From assembly GCA_002327985.1 (NCBI GenBank), contig DCVM01000126.1, positions 2,381 through 66,380 of the forward strand: a stretch of 64,000 nucleotides of DNA. The letters are read 5' to 3'. Both the position numbers and the translations under genes were made by a program. Origin of the DNA: Syntrophaceae bacterium UBA2188 (lineage in GTDB: Bacteria > Desulfobacterota > BSN033 > UBA1163). The notes beneath the pieces are model-generated. The model searched no databases. It had not been told where the DNA came from and saw only the letters and a program-made list of their open reading frames with translations. Of this stretch, positions 48,693-58,243 are shown in pieces; the first letter of the stretch is position 1, and each line of letters opens with the position of its first letter.

Positions 48693-49654
48693 TGCTTTCC
48701 ATTCAGGACTTAAAAGTCTATTTTTTCAGCGATGGCAGAGTTGCTCGTGCCTTGGACGGCGTGAGCTATGAAGCCCGAAAAGGGGAGACGGTTTGCTTGG
48801 TTGGAGAGTCTGGCTGTGGAAAGACGGTGTCGGTGCTGACCATTTTAAGGATCCTCCCACAGCCACCGGGTAGAATCATGGGCGGCAAAGTGCTGTTCAA
48901 TGGCCAGAACCTTTTGGATTTGAACGAAGAGGAGATGCAGAAGATCCGTGGCAGGCGCATTGCCATGATCTTCCAGGAGCCCATGACCTCTCTTAACCCT
49001 GTGTTTACGATCGAAGACCAGATTGAAGAGGCCATTTTAGTTCATGAGAAGGTGGACATCGAAGAGGCCCGGCAAAGGTGTATCCAACTTTTAAAAGACG
49101 TAGGGATCCCGTCACCCGAGGAGCGCCTGAGAGATTATCCTCATCAATTGAGCGGTGGGCAGAGACAGCGAGTCATGATTGCAATGGCCCTGGCGTGCAA
49201 CCCCGAAATCGTCATTGCCGATGAACCCACTACTGCCCTCGATGTGACCATTCAGGCGCAAATCCTCAATTTGTTTCGCGAATTGAAGCAAAAGCGGGAG
49301 ATGTCCCTCCTCTACATCACTCATGATCTCGGAGTCGTCGCCAACATTGCGGATCGTGTCTATGTCATGTATGCAGGGGTGATTGCGGAACAGGGAGAGG
49401 TTGCTCATATTTTCCATCATCCACGACATCCTTACACCCAGGGCCTTTTAGCGTCCCTGCCCAACCGGGTCAAACGGGGCAAGACACTTCACAGCATCCC
49501 GGGAACCGTTCCCAATCCTGCGTATAAGCCAGAGGGATGTCCTTTTCATCCGAGATGTCCTGATGTCATTGGGACCTGCCGAGTCCAATTTCCGGAAATG
49601 TGCGATTACGGAGGTGGGCATTTGAGTCGGTGCCCTGTACTTTATGAACGATAG
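48689..49654 (+). CDS. peptide ABC ATPase (OppD-like)
   Basis: GESGCGKT; YPHQLSGGQRQR; ADEPTTALD; HPYT. Confidence 0.95.
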   Translation: MMLSIQDLKVYFFSDGRVARALDGVSYEARKGETVCLVGESGCGKTVSVLTILRILPQPPGRIMGGKVLFNGQNLLDLNEEEMQKIRGRRIAMIFQEPMTSLNPVFTIEDQIEEAILVHEKVDIEEARQRCIQLLKDVGIPSPEERLRDYPHQLSGGQRQRVMIAMALACNPEIVIADEPTTALDVTIQAQILNLFRELKQKREMSLLYITHDLGVVANIADRVYVMYAGVIAEQGEVAHIFHHPRHPYTQGLLASLPNRVKRGKTLHSIPGTVPNPAYKPEGCPFHPRCPDVIGTCRVQFPEMCDYGGGHLSRCPVLYER

Positions 49655-50651
49655 AAGCCCCTTGATCGAAAAGAACAATTCCTCAGACGGTCCCCTCCTC
49701 AAGGTAAAAGGGCTCAGAAAGCATTTCCCTGTACGCAGAGGTTTCCTGCAGAGGATCAAAGGATGGGTCAAGGCGGTGGATGGAGTGGACGTCGATATCT
49801 TTCGGGGTAGGACGCTGGGCCTTGTGGGAGAGAGCGGGTGTGGTAAATCCACGATCGGTCGGCTTATTTTGAAACTTCTGGAGCCCAACGAGGGGAAGAT
49901 TCTTTATAAAGGGAGAGACATCAGCGGGATGACCCAGAATGAAGTAAAGCCGTTACGGAAAGAGATGCAAATCATTTTTCAAGACCCGTTTGGTTCGCTC
50001 AATCCGCGGATGACTGTAGGCCAATCCATTGAAGAGGGGCTTCGTACCCTGGGCGTCAAGAACCATGGAGAAAGAAAAGTCAGGGTCAGTCAACTCCTGG
50101 AGATGGTTGGAATCGCACCCGAGGCAGCCGACTTCTATCCCCATGAATTCAGCGGCGGTCAGAGGCAAAGAATAGGGATCGCTCGTGCCTTAAGTGTTGA
50201 GCCCTCATTGATTGTATGTGACGAACCGGTCTCAGCGCTCGATGTATCCATCCAATCCCAGATTATCAATCTTCTGAAGGAATTGCAAAATAGATTGGGT
50301 TTGTGTTACCTCTTCATCTCCCATGACCTGAATGTGGTAGGGTATATGAGCGATACCGTGGCGGTGATGTACTTAGGTCATATCATGGAATACGCCGCAG
50401 CGGATGAACTTTACGATCATCCCCTCCATCCTTATACCTTGGCATTGCTCTCAGCTGTCCCTTCCCCTGATCCGGATCACCGTCGTGCCCAACCTGTATT
50501 GATGGGTGATGTCCCGAGCGCCTTGAACCCTCCTCCAGGTTGCAAGTTCCAGGGAAGATGTCCCTTGGTTGAGGATCGGTGCCGAAGGAAGGAGATTGAG
50601 GTCTATCAAGTCAGTCCAGAGCACCAAGTGCGATGTTGGAAGGTGGCTTGA
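49644..50651 (+). CDS. peptide ABC ATPase (OppF-like)
   Basis: GESGCGKST; YPHEFSGGQRQRI; DEPVSALD. Confidence 0.95.
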   Translation: MNDRSPLIEKNNSSDGPLLKVKGLRKHFPVRRGFLQRIKGWVKAVDGVDVDIFRGRTLGLVGESGCGKSTIGRLILKLLEPNEGKILYKGRDISGMTQNEVKPLRKEMQIIFQDPFGSLNPRMTVGQSIEEGLRTLGVKNHGERKVRVSQLLEMVGIAPEAADFYPHEFSGGQRQRIGIARALSVEPSLIVCDEPVSALDVSIQSQIINLLKELQNRLGLCYLFISHDLNVVGYMSDTVAVMYLGHIMEYAAADELYDHPLHPYTLALLSAVPSPDPDHRRAQPVLMGDVPSALNPPPGCKFQGRCPLVEDRCRRKEIEVYQVSPEHQVRCWKVA

Positions 50652-50669
50652 GATTCACCGGTGAGGAGT

Positions 50670-51383
50670 TTATCGGCTGGTTAGCAAAACGTTGAAGCCC
50701 ATTTGGGAAAGTTTTTCTGCGATGACCAGAGCGGCCTCTCTCGTTTCAAATTGACCTACCCTGACCCGATGATATTTCTGTGTCAGTGTTTCCACCGTGG
50801 CCACAAAGACGTTCTCAAAACTTTTTCGCAACTGTTCAGCCAATCTCTGGGCATTGGTTTCATCAGCAAAGGAACCCACCTGGAGCGTGAATCGCTGAAT
50901 GGGCTCGATTGTAAGACTGACTACCTCCACTTTGACCGGGGCTGTTCCCTTTTCCCACATCCCGAGCATCTGCGCCGCGGCATAAGAGACATCAAGAATT
51001 CTCTCCTTCACAAAGGGACCCCGATCATTGACCTTTAACTCAAGGGATCTTCCATTCTCTAAATTAGTGACCATCACTACCGTGCCGAGGGGGAGCGTGT
51101 TGTGGGCGCAAGTGAGCTGGTACATATCATAAACCTCGCCACTCGAGGTGGGTCTTCCATGGAATTCTCCTCCGTACCAGGAGGCAACACCATATTGAAC
51201 TTCACGACTTTCCCTTTTTTCGATTTTTGCTTCTTGTTTTTCGGGAGGAAGGGTTTTCCTGTCAATGACAATATGTCTAGGCCCACAAGCCGTGAGAAGA
51301 AAAAAGATGATTATTAACAAAGTAGGGAAGAAGGCCTTTGATTCCCTGTAATTCATAAAAAAGGTTTTTCTCGTCATACTCAC
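50670..51383 (-). CDS. rlpA: septal ring lytic transglycosylase RlpA with SPOR domain
   Basis: Lipobox LTAC; G.ASWYG; AH.TLP; VNDRGPF; SPOR 'LQVGSF'. Confidence 0.92.
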   Translation of the reverse strand: MSMTRKTFFMNYRESKAFFPTLLIIIFFLLTACGPRHIVIDRKTLPPEKQEAKIEKRESREVQYGVASWYGGEFHGRPTSSGEVYDMYQLTCAHNTLPLGTVVMVTNLENGRSLELKVNDRGPFVKERILDVSYAAAQMLGMWEKGTAPVKVEVVSLTIEPIQRFTLQVGSFADETNAQRLAEQLRKSFENVFVATVETLTQKYHRVRVGQFETREAALVIAEKLSQMGFNVLLTSR

Positions 51384-51413
51384 CTTCCTTTTTTCAACAC
51401 CGCTTACTTGGTA

Positions 51414-52703
51414 TCAGCCGTCTAATGGGCTTCTTATTTCAGAGGGTTTCTTCCGTATCACATGGGTGTAAATCATGGTTGTATTCACGTGCTTATGCCC
51501 CAAGAGTTCCTGAATCGTCCTGATGTTATGGCCTGCTTCAAGAAGATACGTTGCAAAACTGTGGCGCAGGGTGTGACAGCTTGCTTTTTTCGGTAAATTG
51601 GCCTTCATGACCGCTTCTTTTACTGCGCGCTGAATCGCCGAGGGATGAATGTGCCACCGCATCACTTTTCCTGTTCGTGGATCAATAGATAATTTCTCCG
51701 CCGGAAATAACCACTGCCAGCCCCATTCTTTGGTAGCATTAGGGTATTTCTTTTCAAGGGCGTCAGGCAGAGGGACCTCACCGTAACCCATCTTCAGATC
51801 CTGGTCATGGATCTCTTTGACAGAGGCGATGTGCTTGGTAAGCTCTTCTTTTATCTTTTCAGGTATCATCAACGCCCTGTCTTCTTCCCCTTTGCCTGAA
51901 CGGACCATGAGGAGATTGTTATCGAAATCAATATCTTTTATCCTCAAGCGGATACACTCCATGAGACGAAGCCCGCACCCATACATTAGCTGCGCCATCA
52001 GGAGATAAACCCCGTTGAGGTGAGATAACAGGTTCTTTACTTCATCTCTGCTCAAAACCGTAGGCAAATTAATCTTCCGTTTTGCTCGTGCCACAGCTGT
52101 TAGATCATCAACCTCCTTTTGCAAAATATTGCGGTAAAGAAATAAGAGAGCATTGAAGGCCTGATTCTGGGTTGAGGCAGAAACCCGACCATGAAGAGCA
52201 AGATGGGTGAGGTAATTTTTCATATCATTGGCTTCAAGCAGATGTGGATCACGATCCTTCAAAAAAGATTTAAAACGGCCTATCCATCCAAGATAGGTCT
52301 TTTCTGTGCTCAGAGAGTAGTGCCGGAGGCGGATAAGGTTTTGTGCCTCCTCCAGCGTCTGCCTCCATGAAGGAGATCCTTTTTGGTCTAAGGATTCCCC
52401 CTTAGAATTGTTTTCTGAGGTGGTGATTTCTTGTAATGGCCTCCTGAGGTATTTTTCAACGTAGAGAAGAACCGCATCGGCAGCCTGCCTCACCTGCCAG
52501 TCCACAATTTTTTCATCAGTATCAAGGGAATCCAGATATTGCGACACATGTTTTGTGTTGATATTATCGAGTTGATAATTGCAGGATTTTAGGAATCTCA
52601 GCACCCAGTGGATGTAGAACTTAACCTTATCCTCTGGTATGTTCCCTAATTTTAAGAGATACGCTTCAAAATCCCTGAGCGCTTCGGTTTTCCTGTCCAT
52701 CAC
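51414..52703 (-). CDS. intI: integron integrase (long form with duplicated N-terminal SAM-like domain)
   Basis: 'S.STQNQA', YGCGLR, IntI-specific insert 'LPDALEKKYPNA.KEWGWQWLFP', HTLRHSFAT, IQELLGH, TTMIYTHV. Confidence 0.95.
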   Translation of the reverse strand: MMDRKTEALRDFEAYLLKLGNIPEDKVKFYIHWVLRFLKSCNYQLDNINTKHVSQYLDSLDTDEKIVDWQVRQAADAVLLYVEKYLRRPLQEITTSENNSKGESLDQKGSPSWRQTLEEAQNLIRLRHYSLSTEKTYLGWIGRFKSFLKDRDPHLLEANDMKNYLTHLALHGRVSASTQNQAFNALLFLYRNILQKEVDDLTAVARAKRKINLPTVLSRDEVKNLLSHLNGVYLLMAQLMYGCGLRLMECIRLRIKDIDFDNNLLMVRSGKGEEDRALMIPEKIKEELTKHIASVKEIHDQDLKMGYGEVPLPDALEKKYPNATKEWGWQWLFPAEKLSIDPRTGKVMRWHIHPSAIQRAVKEAVMKANLPKKASCHTLRHSFATYLLEAGHNIRTIQELLGHKHVNTTMIYTHVIRKKPSEIRSPLDG

Positions 52704-52884
52704 AGCCCCTCAGTATTGAATTTTAGGTTTTAATTATATGCAATATAACATTAATAATCAAACAAATTATTCAAGTTAAAAATAAGGTGTATGACAATCC
52801 GAAAAATGGTAACTATATGATATTACACAGACAATAAACGAATATATGTCTCGTTAAAATTTCCATCAGTCTCACAAAATTTGT

Positions 52885-52913
52885 TTGACAAAATTGTCTA
52901 TCAAGTATAGGAT
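52885..52913 (+). promoter_or_regulatory. candidate cassette promoter Pc
   Basis: TTGACA-17 nt-TAGGAT about 33 bp upstream of attI. Confidence 0.65.
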
Positions 52914-52927
52914 TGGAAGAAATTACA

Positions 52928-52952
52928 CCTTGCCGTTCAATAATTGTTCCCG
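52928..52952 (+). other. candidate attI site (crossover at G/TT 52946-52948)
   Basis: gttcaataattGTTccc between intI and the first cassette ORF; GTTC pairs with the GAAC of the downstream attC R'' box. Confidence 0.55.
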
Positions 52953-52982
52953 AGTCGCTGAAAAAAGAGGATAGATACAACC

Positions 52983-53450
52983 ATGAGCCAGAAAAAAGAG
53001 ACCAAGCCTCCTGCTGAAAGGAAGAGAAAGCAGCGGAGCACCAAAGGTGCTCTTATCAAGGGGATGTCGCGCCGTCTGCCAAGTGCGATTCTTGAGAGCC
53101 CTTTATTTGCCCAGCGTCTTCGAGAGATCATGCGTCGGTACGCAGGAATCTACGCTCTTTATAGGAGGGATCGGTTGTACTATATCGGCCTAACCAAGAA
53201 CCTTTTGGGGAGAATCCGTTGGCATCTCAGAGATCGTCACAGTGGAAAGTGGGATAGTTTCATAATCTTCCGCATCCAGAGGGTTCGATACCTGAAGGAT
53301 ATTGAGACTTTGATACACCATCTTGTCGATACACCGGGGAATGAAATTAAGGGCAAAGTCCCAAGGGATGCCGACTTGAACAGCATTCTACGCGAAGTTC
53401 TTCGAGACCATGAAACAGCAATCCGTGGGATAAGGAGAGCACTAAGATGA
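52983..53450 (+). CDS. GIY-YIG nuclease family protein (cassette gene 1)
   Basis: 'GIYALY...LYYIG...NL.GRI..H', conserved 'IETL' and 'GN'. Confidence 0.82.
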   Translation: MSQKKETKPPAERKRKQRSTKGALIKGMSRRLPSAILESPLFAQRLREIMRRYAGIYALYRRDRLYYIGLTKNLLGRIRWHLRDRHSGKWDSFIIFRIQRVRYLKDIETLIHHLVDTPGNEIKGKVPRDADLNSILREVLRDHETAIRGIRRALR

Positions 53451-53977
53451 CAGGCAAGGAATTCTTGAATTCTCTAGCTAACGCGCAATCGGACATAGTT
53501 CAGATACTTCTTGATATTATCGCCAAGACGGGTTCCCCCTACTGTGTTATTGGTGGGCTAGCCGTGAATGCTTACGTTGAGCCGTTGGTGAGTCTTGATG
53601 TAGATATTGTAATAGCGGTTAATGATGTAAGAGCTACCTGCCGTGCTTCGGAGAGGCGGGGATTAAAAGTTGAACAATTTGAACATAGCGTGAACATCAG
53701 CAGTCCGCAATCGGATCTTCGGGTTCAACTTCAGACCGATCCTCGATACCAGGAATTTATCCCACGTGCAGAGTTGAAGGATGTTCTGGGTTACAAGATG
53801 TATGTGGCAAGCCTCGACGACGTTTTGCGGGGGAAAGTGTGGGCATACGCCGATCAAACTAGGAGAAGAAGCAAGCGACAAAAAGATCTCGCCGATATTC
53901 TGCGTATCATTGAAATATATCCCCAGCTCAAGGCGAAGCTTCCTCGGAGCTTGCAAGAGGAATTAGAGAAGGATTAA
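53447..53977 (+). CDS. nucleotidyltransferase (AbiEii/MNT-like superfamily), cassette gene 2
   Basis: 'IGGLAV.AY..P..SLDVD' and C-terminal 'K.....R.K..KDLAD'; ATGA overlap with the GIY-YIG gene. Confidence 0.78.
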   Translation: MTGKEFLNSLANAQSDIVQILLDIIAKTGSPYCVIGGLAVNAYVEPLVSLDVDIVIAVNDVRATCRASERRGLKVEQFEHSVNISSPQSDLRVQLQTDPRYQEFIPRAELKDVLGYKMYVASLDDVLRGKVWAYADQTRRRSKRQKDLADILRIIEIYPQLKAKLPRSLQEELEKD

Positions 53978-53979
53978 TC

Positions 53980-54037
53980 AGCGAACAAATCACTCCAGCG
54001 GATGGCTTACAGCCACCGCTGACCTCAGTCGTTACCG
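53980..54037 (+). other. attC site
   Basis: GCGAAC-aaatcactc-CAGCGGaTGGCT-tac-AGCCA-CCGCTG-acctcagtc-GTTAC, directly after the stop codon. Confidence 0.85.
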
Positions 54038-54068
54038 GCATCTTTTTGAAAAATCCACAGGACTTTTT

Positions 54069-55121
54069 CTAAAGGCTAAGAAACTTTCTATCGATGGAGA
54101 CCTCCCCTTCTTGAGTCTGAAGTTTAAGAAGACCTGTTGCCAATTCCTGTTTTTCCTCGATGAAGATCTCGTTAATGTTGAAATCCTTCTTCAGTTTCAA
54201 AAAATTTTCGTTTCTCTGCCCTCGTAGATTTGAAACTTCTTTTGGATGACATAAGAATAAAACTTGACCATTTTTTTGAGAGGCCCGAAGAAGGAATGTT
54301 GCCATGTCAAAGAAGATGGACGAGTCGACGACTTGGTGAAGAGCTGGATGGTAGGGTCCAGCGAGATAATCTCTTTCCAACTCCTTGGTTGGCTGAAGGC
54401 CAATCCGAGCGACGGAGATAGATGATTTCTCCAATTTGAGAATCCCTTTTTTAAGCCATTGGACTGTTTCGTCCAACGCCAGAGGAGAATATTCTCCAGC
54501 TCTCCAGACGTCTTCAAGGGAAGCACCTTTGAGGACGAGTGTGGGATGAATCCTGACGAAATCGGGTTGGAGCTCGATGACTCGATTAAGGGTTTGGACA
54601 AAGCGATCGAAGGAATCCCCTGGAAGGCCAATCATCAGCTGAACTCCTACCTCGAATTTCGTATCTTTTAAATGGGAGATAGCCTCCACCACATCTGCTG
54701 CCCAATGACCTCTATGCGCAAGAAAAAGAACGTCATCAATCATGGATTGGACTCCGATTTCTACGGTCTTCACCTTATATTCTTTGAGCAGGGAAAGCGT
54801 CTCTTCATCCAGGGCATCGGGTCGCGTGGAGATTCGGATGGAATCGATGAGGCCGGAAGCGAGGAAAGGTTGTACGGCTTTAAGATAACGCACCTGATCA
54901 TCCTTAGGGATTGCCGTAAAGCTACCGCCATAAAAGGCAACCTGTTTTTCCCTAATCTTTTTCTCAGTGGGAAGTCTATGGAGAGAGGTTTCTATAAAGT
55001 TTCGAATAGAAGAAAGAGAGGGGGCTCCGTCCTCTGTTGCCTTCTGATTACAGAAGAGGCAACGTTCACGGCAACCCATCGCAGGAAGAAAAATGGGGAT
55101 GATCAAAGGACTTTCAGCCAT
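54069..55121 (-). CDS. Elp3/YhcC-like radical SAM protein
   Basis: GCRERCLFCNQ; FYGGSFT; RISTRPD; EIGVQS; QLMIGLPG; AGPYHP. Confidence 0.88.
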   Translation of the reverse strand: MAESPLIIPIFLPAMGCRERCLFCNQKATEDGAPSLSSIRNFIETSLHRLPTEKKIREKQVAFYGGSFTAIPKDDQVRYLKAVQPFLASGLIDSIRISTRPDALDEETLSLLKEYKVKTVEIGVQSMIDDVLFLAHRGHWAADVVEAISHLKDTKFEVGVQLMIGLPGDSFDRFVQTLNRVIELQPDFVRIHPTLVLKGASLEDVWRAGEYSPLALDETVQWLKKGILKLEKSSISVARIGLQPTKELERDYLAGPYHPALHQVVDSSIFFDMATFLLRASQKNGQVLFLCHPKEVSNLRGQRNENFLKLKKDFNINEIFIEEKQELATGLLKLQTQEGEVSIDRKFLSL

Positions 55122-55210
55122 ATTTGGCGGTCCAATCTGACTACCGATAAGTTCCAAAATAAATTTTACATGATAATATGATTACTCGTGAACAATGAAA
55201 ATTGCCTCGT

Positions 55211-55301
55211 ATCATCCTCCCCCTTGAAGGGGGAGGATTGAGTTGGGGGTGGACATTCTATGTTCCCCCTCACCTCCGCCCTCTCCCGCCAGGGGAGAGG
55301 G
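55211..55301. repeat. REP doublet
   Basis: Hairpins tcctcccccttgaagggggagga and ccctctcccgccaggggagaggg. Confidence 0.7.
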
Positions 55302-55316
55302 GAAATTAAGCAGGGG

Positions 55317-56045
55317 TTATTTGTTATTTGGTTCTTGGGATTTGGTGTTTATGTTCTCCAAGGCATTTTTGGCTGCCTCCTGCTCCGCCTCTTTTTTGCT
55401 TTTTCCACATCCCAGTCCTTTCACCTCCCCATCGATCGTGACAGAGGCTTGAAACCATTTATCATGGTCCGGTCCGGACTCACTTAAGACTCGATACTGG
55501 GGAGACTGTCCATGAGACTGTTGAGAATAGATTTGCAGAAGGCTTTTAAAATCATTAGACAGGACAAATGGAGTCTGGGTTTGAAGATAAGGTTCAAAAT
55601 GTTCTTGGATGATTTCTAATGCCCGATTAAATCCTGAATCCATGAAGATGGCTCCGATCAAGGCTTCATAGGTATTGGCTAAGATGGAGGATTTATCCAT
55701 TCCTCCATTTAACTGCTGACTCTTTCCGAGGAGGAGATAGCCCTCGAGCTGAAGTTCTTTAGAGAGCGATGCCAGGGAACTCCTTTTGACAAGTTGGGAC
55801 CTCATCATGGAGAGGGTTCCTTCCTGGGCGTCAGGGAATTTCTTGAGAAGAAGGTGGCTGACTGCAAGATTAAGGACCGAATCTCCGAGAAATTCCAATA
55901 CCTCATTGGCGACTTTTTCAGGATGATTCGTTTCATAAATAAAGGATTTATGAGTCAAGGCTTGATCGAGCCATTTCATCTCTTTGAATCGATGACCCAA
56001 ACGCTCTTCAAATTCCCTTAAAGAGGTCAACCTCTCTTCGTCCAC
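55317..56045 (-). CDS. rnc: ribonuclease III
   Basis: ALTH.S; NE.LEFLGD; EALIGAI; dsRBD 'GPDH.K.F...G.SKKEAEQ.AA'. Confidence 0.96.
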   Translation of the reverse strand: MDEERLTSLREFEERLGHRFKEMKWLDQALTHKSFIYETNHPEKVANEVLEFLGDSVLNLAVSHLLLKKFPDAQEGTLSMMRSQLVKRSSLASLSKELQLEGYLLLGKSQQLNGGMDKSSILANTYEALIGAIFMDSGFNRALEIIQEHFEPYLQTQTPFVLSNDFKSLLQIYSQQSHGQSPQYRVLSESGPDHDKWFQASVTIDGEVKGLGCGKSKKEAEQEAAKNALENINTKSQEPNNK

Positions 56046-56046
56046 A

Positions 56047-57375
56047 CTATTTCTCCAAGACTTTTCCGATCACACCCTCTTCCGACAAGTCGGTCACGGT
56101 GACGATACATTCCTGGTTCACCCAATCCTGATCTTCGCTCACTCCATTTTTAGGGGTAAGCCAAACGGGGATGTAATTTCGGGAGAGCCCTTTCCATCTT
56201 CCGGTTCCTTTTTCTCTTCGGTCCTCTATGAGGACCCTTAGCTCCTGGTTGAGAAATTGGTGATAATAAGCCTGGCGTTTCTGTCTTCCCAACGCTCTCA
56301 TGATATCAGCTCTTTTTTTGATCTCTTGATCATCCACCCCCTGAGGAAATTGGAACGCAGGAGTTCCTTTTCTCTTCGAAAAAGGAAAGACATGAAGATA
56401 GGAGAAGGGGAGAGATTCGACCAGTCCATACGTGTGCTTAAATTTCTCTTCTGTCTCCCCAGGGAATCCGACGATCACATCTGCACCGATGGAAAGCTTT
56501 GAAATCCTCAGAGGGAGTTCTGCGATGAGATGGGAGAGGAAAGACCGGTCATAGTCTCTGTTCATCTTTTTTAGTATTTCGTCATCTCCACTCTGGATGG
56601 GAATGTGAAGGTGAGGGCAAATCTTTCTCGATTGAGAAAGATTGGAGATAAGTTCTGGAGAGAAATCTCTTGGCTCAAGGGAACTGAGTCGGATTCGATC
56701 AGGCGTCTCTTCATCCTCCAGTTGTTTAAGGAGTTTTTCCAGAGGGAAAGGAGGGGTGAGATCCAATCCGTAAGCCCCCAGGTGAATACCGGTGAGGACG
56801 ACCTCTTTAAATCCCCTTTCTTTCAATACCTTTAAATTTTCAACCACCCTTTCTGCTCGAAGGCTCCGTGATGGGCCCCTGGCCAAGGGTACAATACAAT
56901 AAGCGCAAGATGCGTCGCAGCCGTCCTGAATCTTTAAAAAAGCGCGAGTGTGATGATGAAAAAAATGAAGGGGGGTTTCAGAAAAAAGTGTCTCTTTTTG
57001 AATATCACCCACTTGAACCTTTGGAAATTCGCCTTTCTGTATCAAGGGAAGGAGATCAGGAATCTGATTCTTTTCTCCATTTCCTAAAAGATAACGCACG
57101 CCTTTCATCTTTAAGAAGGCATCTGGCTCCACCTGTGGATAACATCCGGTCACAATGATCAAAGAGTTTGGATTGGATCGGAAGGCCCTTCGAACCATCT
57201 GCCGCGATTGAAAATCAGCCCGGCGAGTGACGGTGCAAGTATTGATAATAGTAATGTCTGCACCTTCCCCAAAAGGGACAGGAGCATACCCTCTCTGTTC
57301 TAAGGCATCGACGAGAGCCTCAGATTCGAACTGGTTCACTTTACATCCGAGCGTAGCAATGGAGATGGTCTTCAT
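56047..57375 (-). CDS. mtaB: tRNA (t6A37) methylthiotransferase MtaB
   Basis: TLGCKVNQFES; INTCTVT; RAFLKIQDGC...C.YC; HVFPFS.R.GT.A. Confidence 0.92.
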   Translation of the reverse strand: MKTISIATLGCKVNQFESEALVDALEQRGYAPVPFGEGADITIINTCTVTRRADFQSRQMVRRAFRSNPNSLIIVTGCYPQVEPDAFLKMKGVRYLLGNGEKNQIPDLLPLIQKGEFPKVQVGDIQKETLFSETPLHFFHHHTRAFLKIQDGCDASCAYCIVPLARGPSRSLRAERVVENLKVLKERGFKEVVLTGIHLGAYGLDLTPPFPLEKLLKQLEDEETPDRIRLSSLEPRDFSPELISNLSQSRKICPHLHIPIQSGDDEILKKMNRDYDRSFLSHLIAELPLRISKLSIGADVIVGFPGETEEKFKHTYGLVESLPFSYLHVFPFSKRKGTPAFQFPQGVDDQEIKKRADIMRALGRQKRQAYYHQFLNQELRVLIEDRREKGTGRWKGLSRNYIPVWLTPKNGVSEDQDWVNQECIVTVTDLSEEGVIGKVLEK

Positions 57376-57380
57376 TATTT

Positions 57381-58103
57381 TCAGAGTTGTATTAGTTTAA
57401 CATTTCCCCAGACACCCATCTTTTCCCCAATGATGATGAGTGTCCCCAAAACCCCTGTGATCTCTTTTCCCCTTTCAAGACCCGATTCAATATCTTTTTT
57501 CTCCTTAACGACATTCCCAACAGCGGTCGCTGCGGCATCTGCCAAGGCACAAGATTTGGCAAGCATACAGACAGCGTTTGCCTTTCCAAAACTGAGGGAG
57601 GGGCCTACTGTTCCTGAAGAGGTGCAGATGCCGAGAGGGGTTTTTTCGGGTTCGATCACGATCCCTATTTTAAGACTGAGAGGAGAATCGCCTGCGTAGA
57701 TCCCAATGATCCGCGACCTGGAAGTGGCGAGATAGATATCTCCACCATTTTCAACAATTACCTCTTTTGAGACTCTGAGCAGATCTTTGGAAACCCATTC
57801 TGCCATGGCTCCAGCCACCGCAGCCATCGGCCCGACTTGGGCCAACTGAGAAGTTCGGATCATCTCCCGAACAATATCTGGGGCGTAAGGGTCACCCTTT
57901 AAAGGGAGTTGGCTTTTTTGAAATTCAGGGTTCATCACGATGTAAGTTTCGAGTTGATGACGGTATTTTAATACGGAATCCCTTGTCTCTTTGGAGAGGT
58001 CCCTCTCTGCCCGGACAAGGAGGTCGGTTTCCTTAACGATGACTTCAAATTTAACGAGGTCATCGGTTTTCACCAAATTTCGGTAGATCCGCTTCTCATA
58101 CAT
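57381..58103 (-). CDS. UPF0280 (ApbE-like) family protein
   Basis: VGPMAAVAGA; ENGGDI; GICTSSGTVG.S.SFG.A; LADAAAT. Confidence 0.9.
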   Translation of the reverse strand: MYEKRIYRNLVKTDDLVKFEVIVKETDLLVRAERDLSKETRDSVLKYRHQLETYIVMNPEFQKSQLPLKGDPYAPDIVREMIRTSQLAQVGPMAAVAGAMAEWVSKDLLRVSKEVIVENGGDIYLATSRSRIIGIYAGDSPLSLKIGIVIEPEKTPLGICTSSGTVGPSLSFGKANAVCMLAKSCALADAAATAVGNVVKEKKDIESGLERGKEITGVLGTLIIIGEKMGVWGNVKLIQL

Positions 58104-58243
58104 GTAAAGCTCTTTTAGAAGTCAATTATAATATTCAGTAAGATACGGTGTCAATTTGCTTAAGTACTTGATGTTTTGAAATTGACGCCTGAGTGATGTA
58201 GCATTTCAGTGTGGATCAAGACATTGTTCCCATAGATAAAAAC

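Noticed and set aside
52836-52856. LexA box upstream of intI (aacgaatatatgtctcgtt)
   Set aside because: It is only loosely palindromic and does not fit a LexA consensus with the right spacing; unsupported without a lineage-specific motif.
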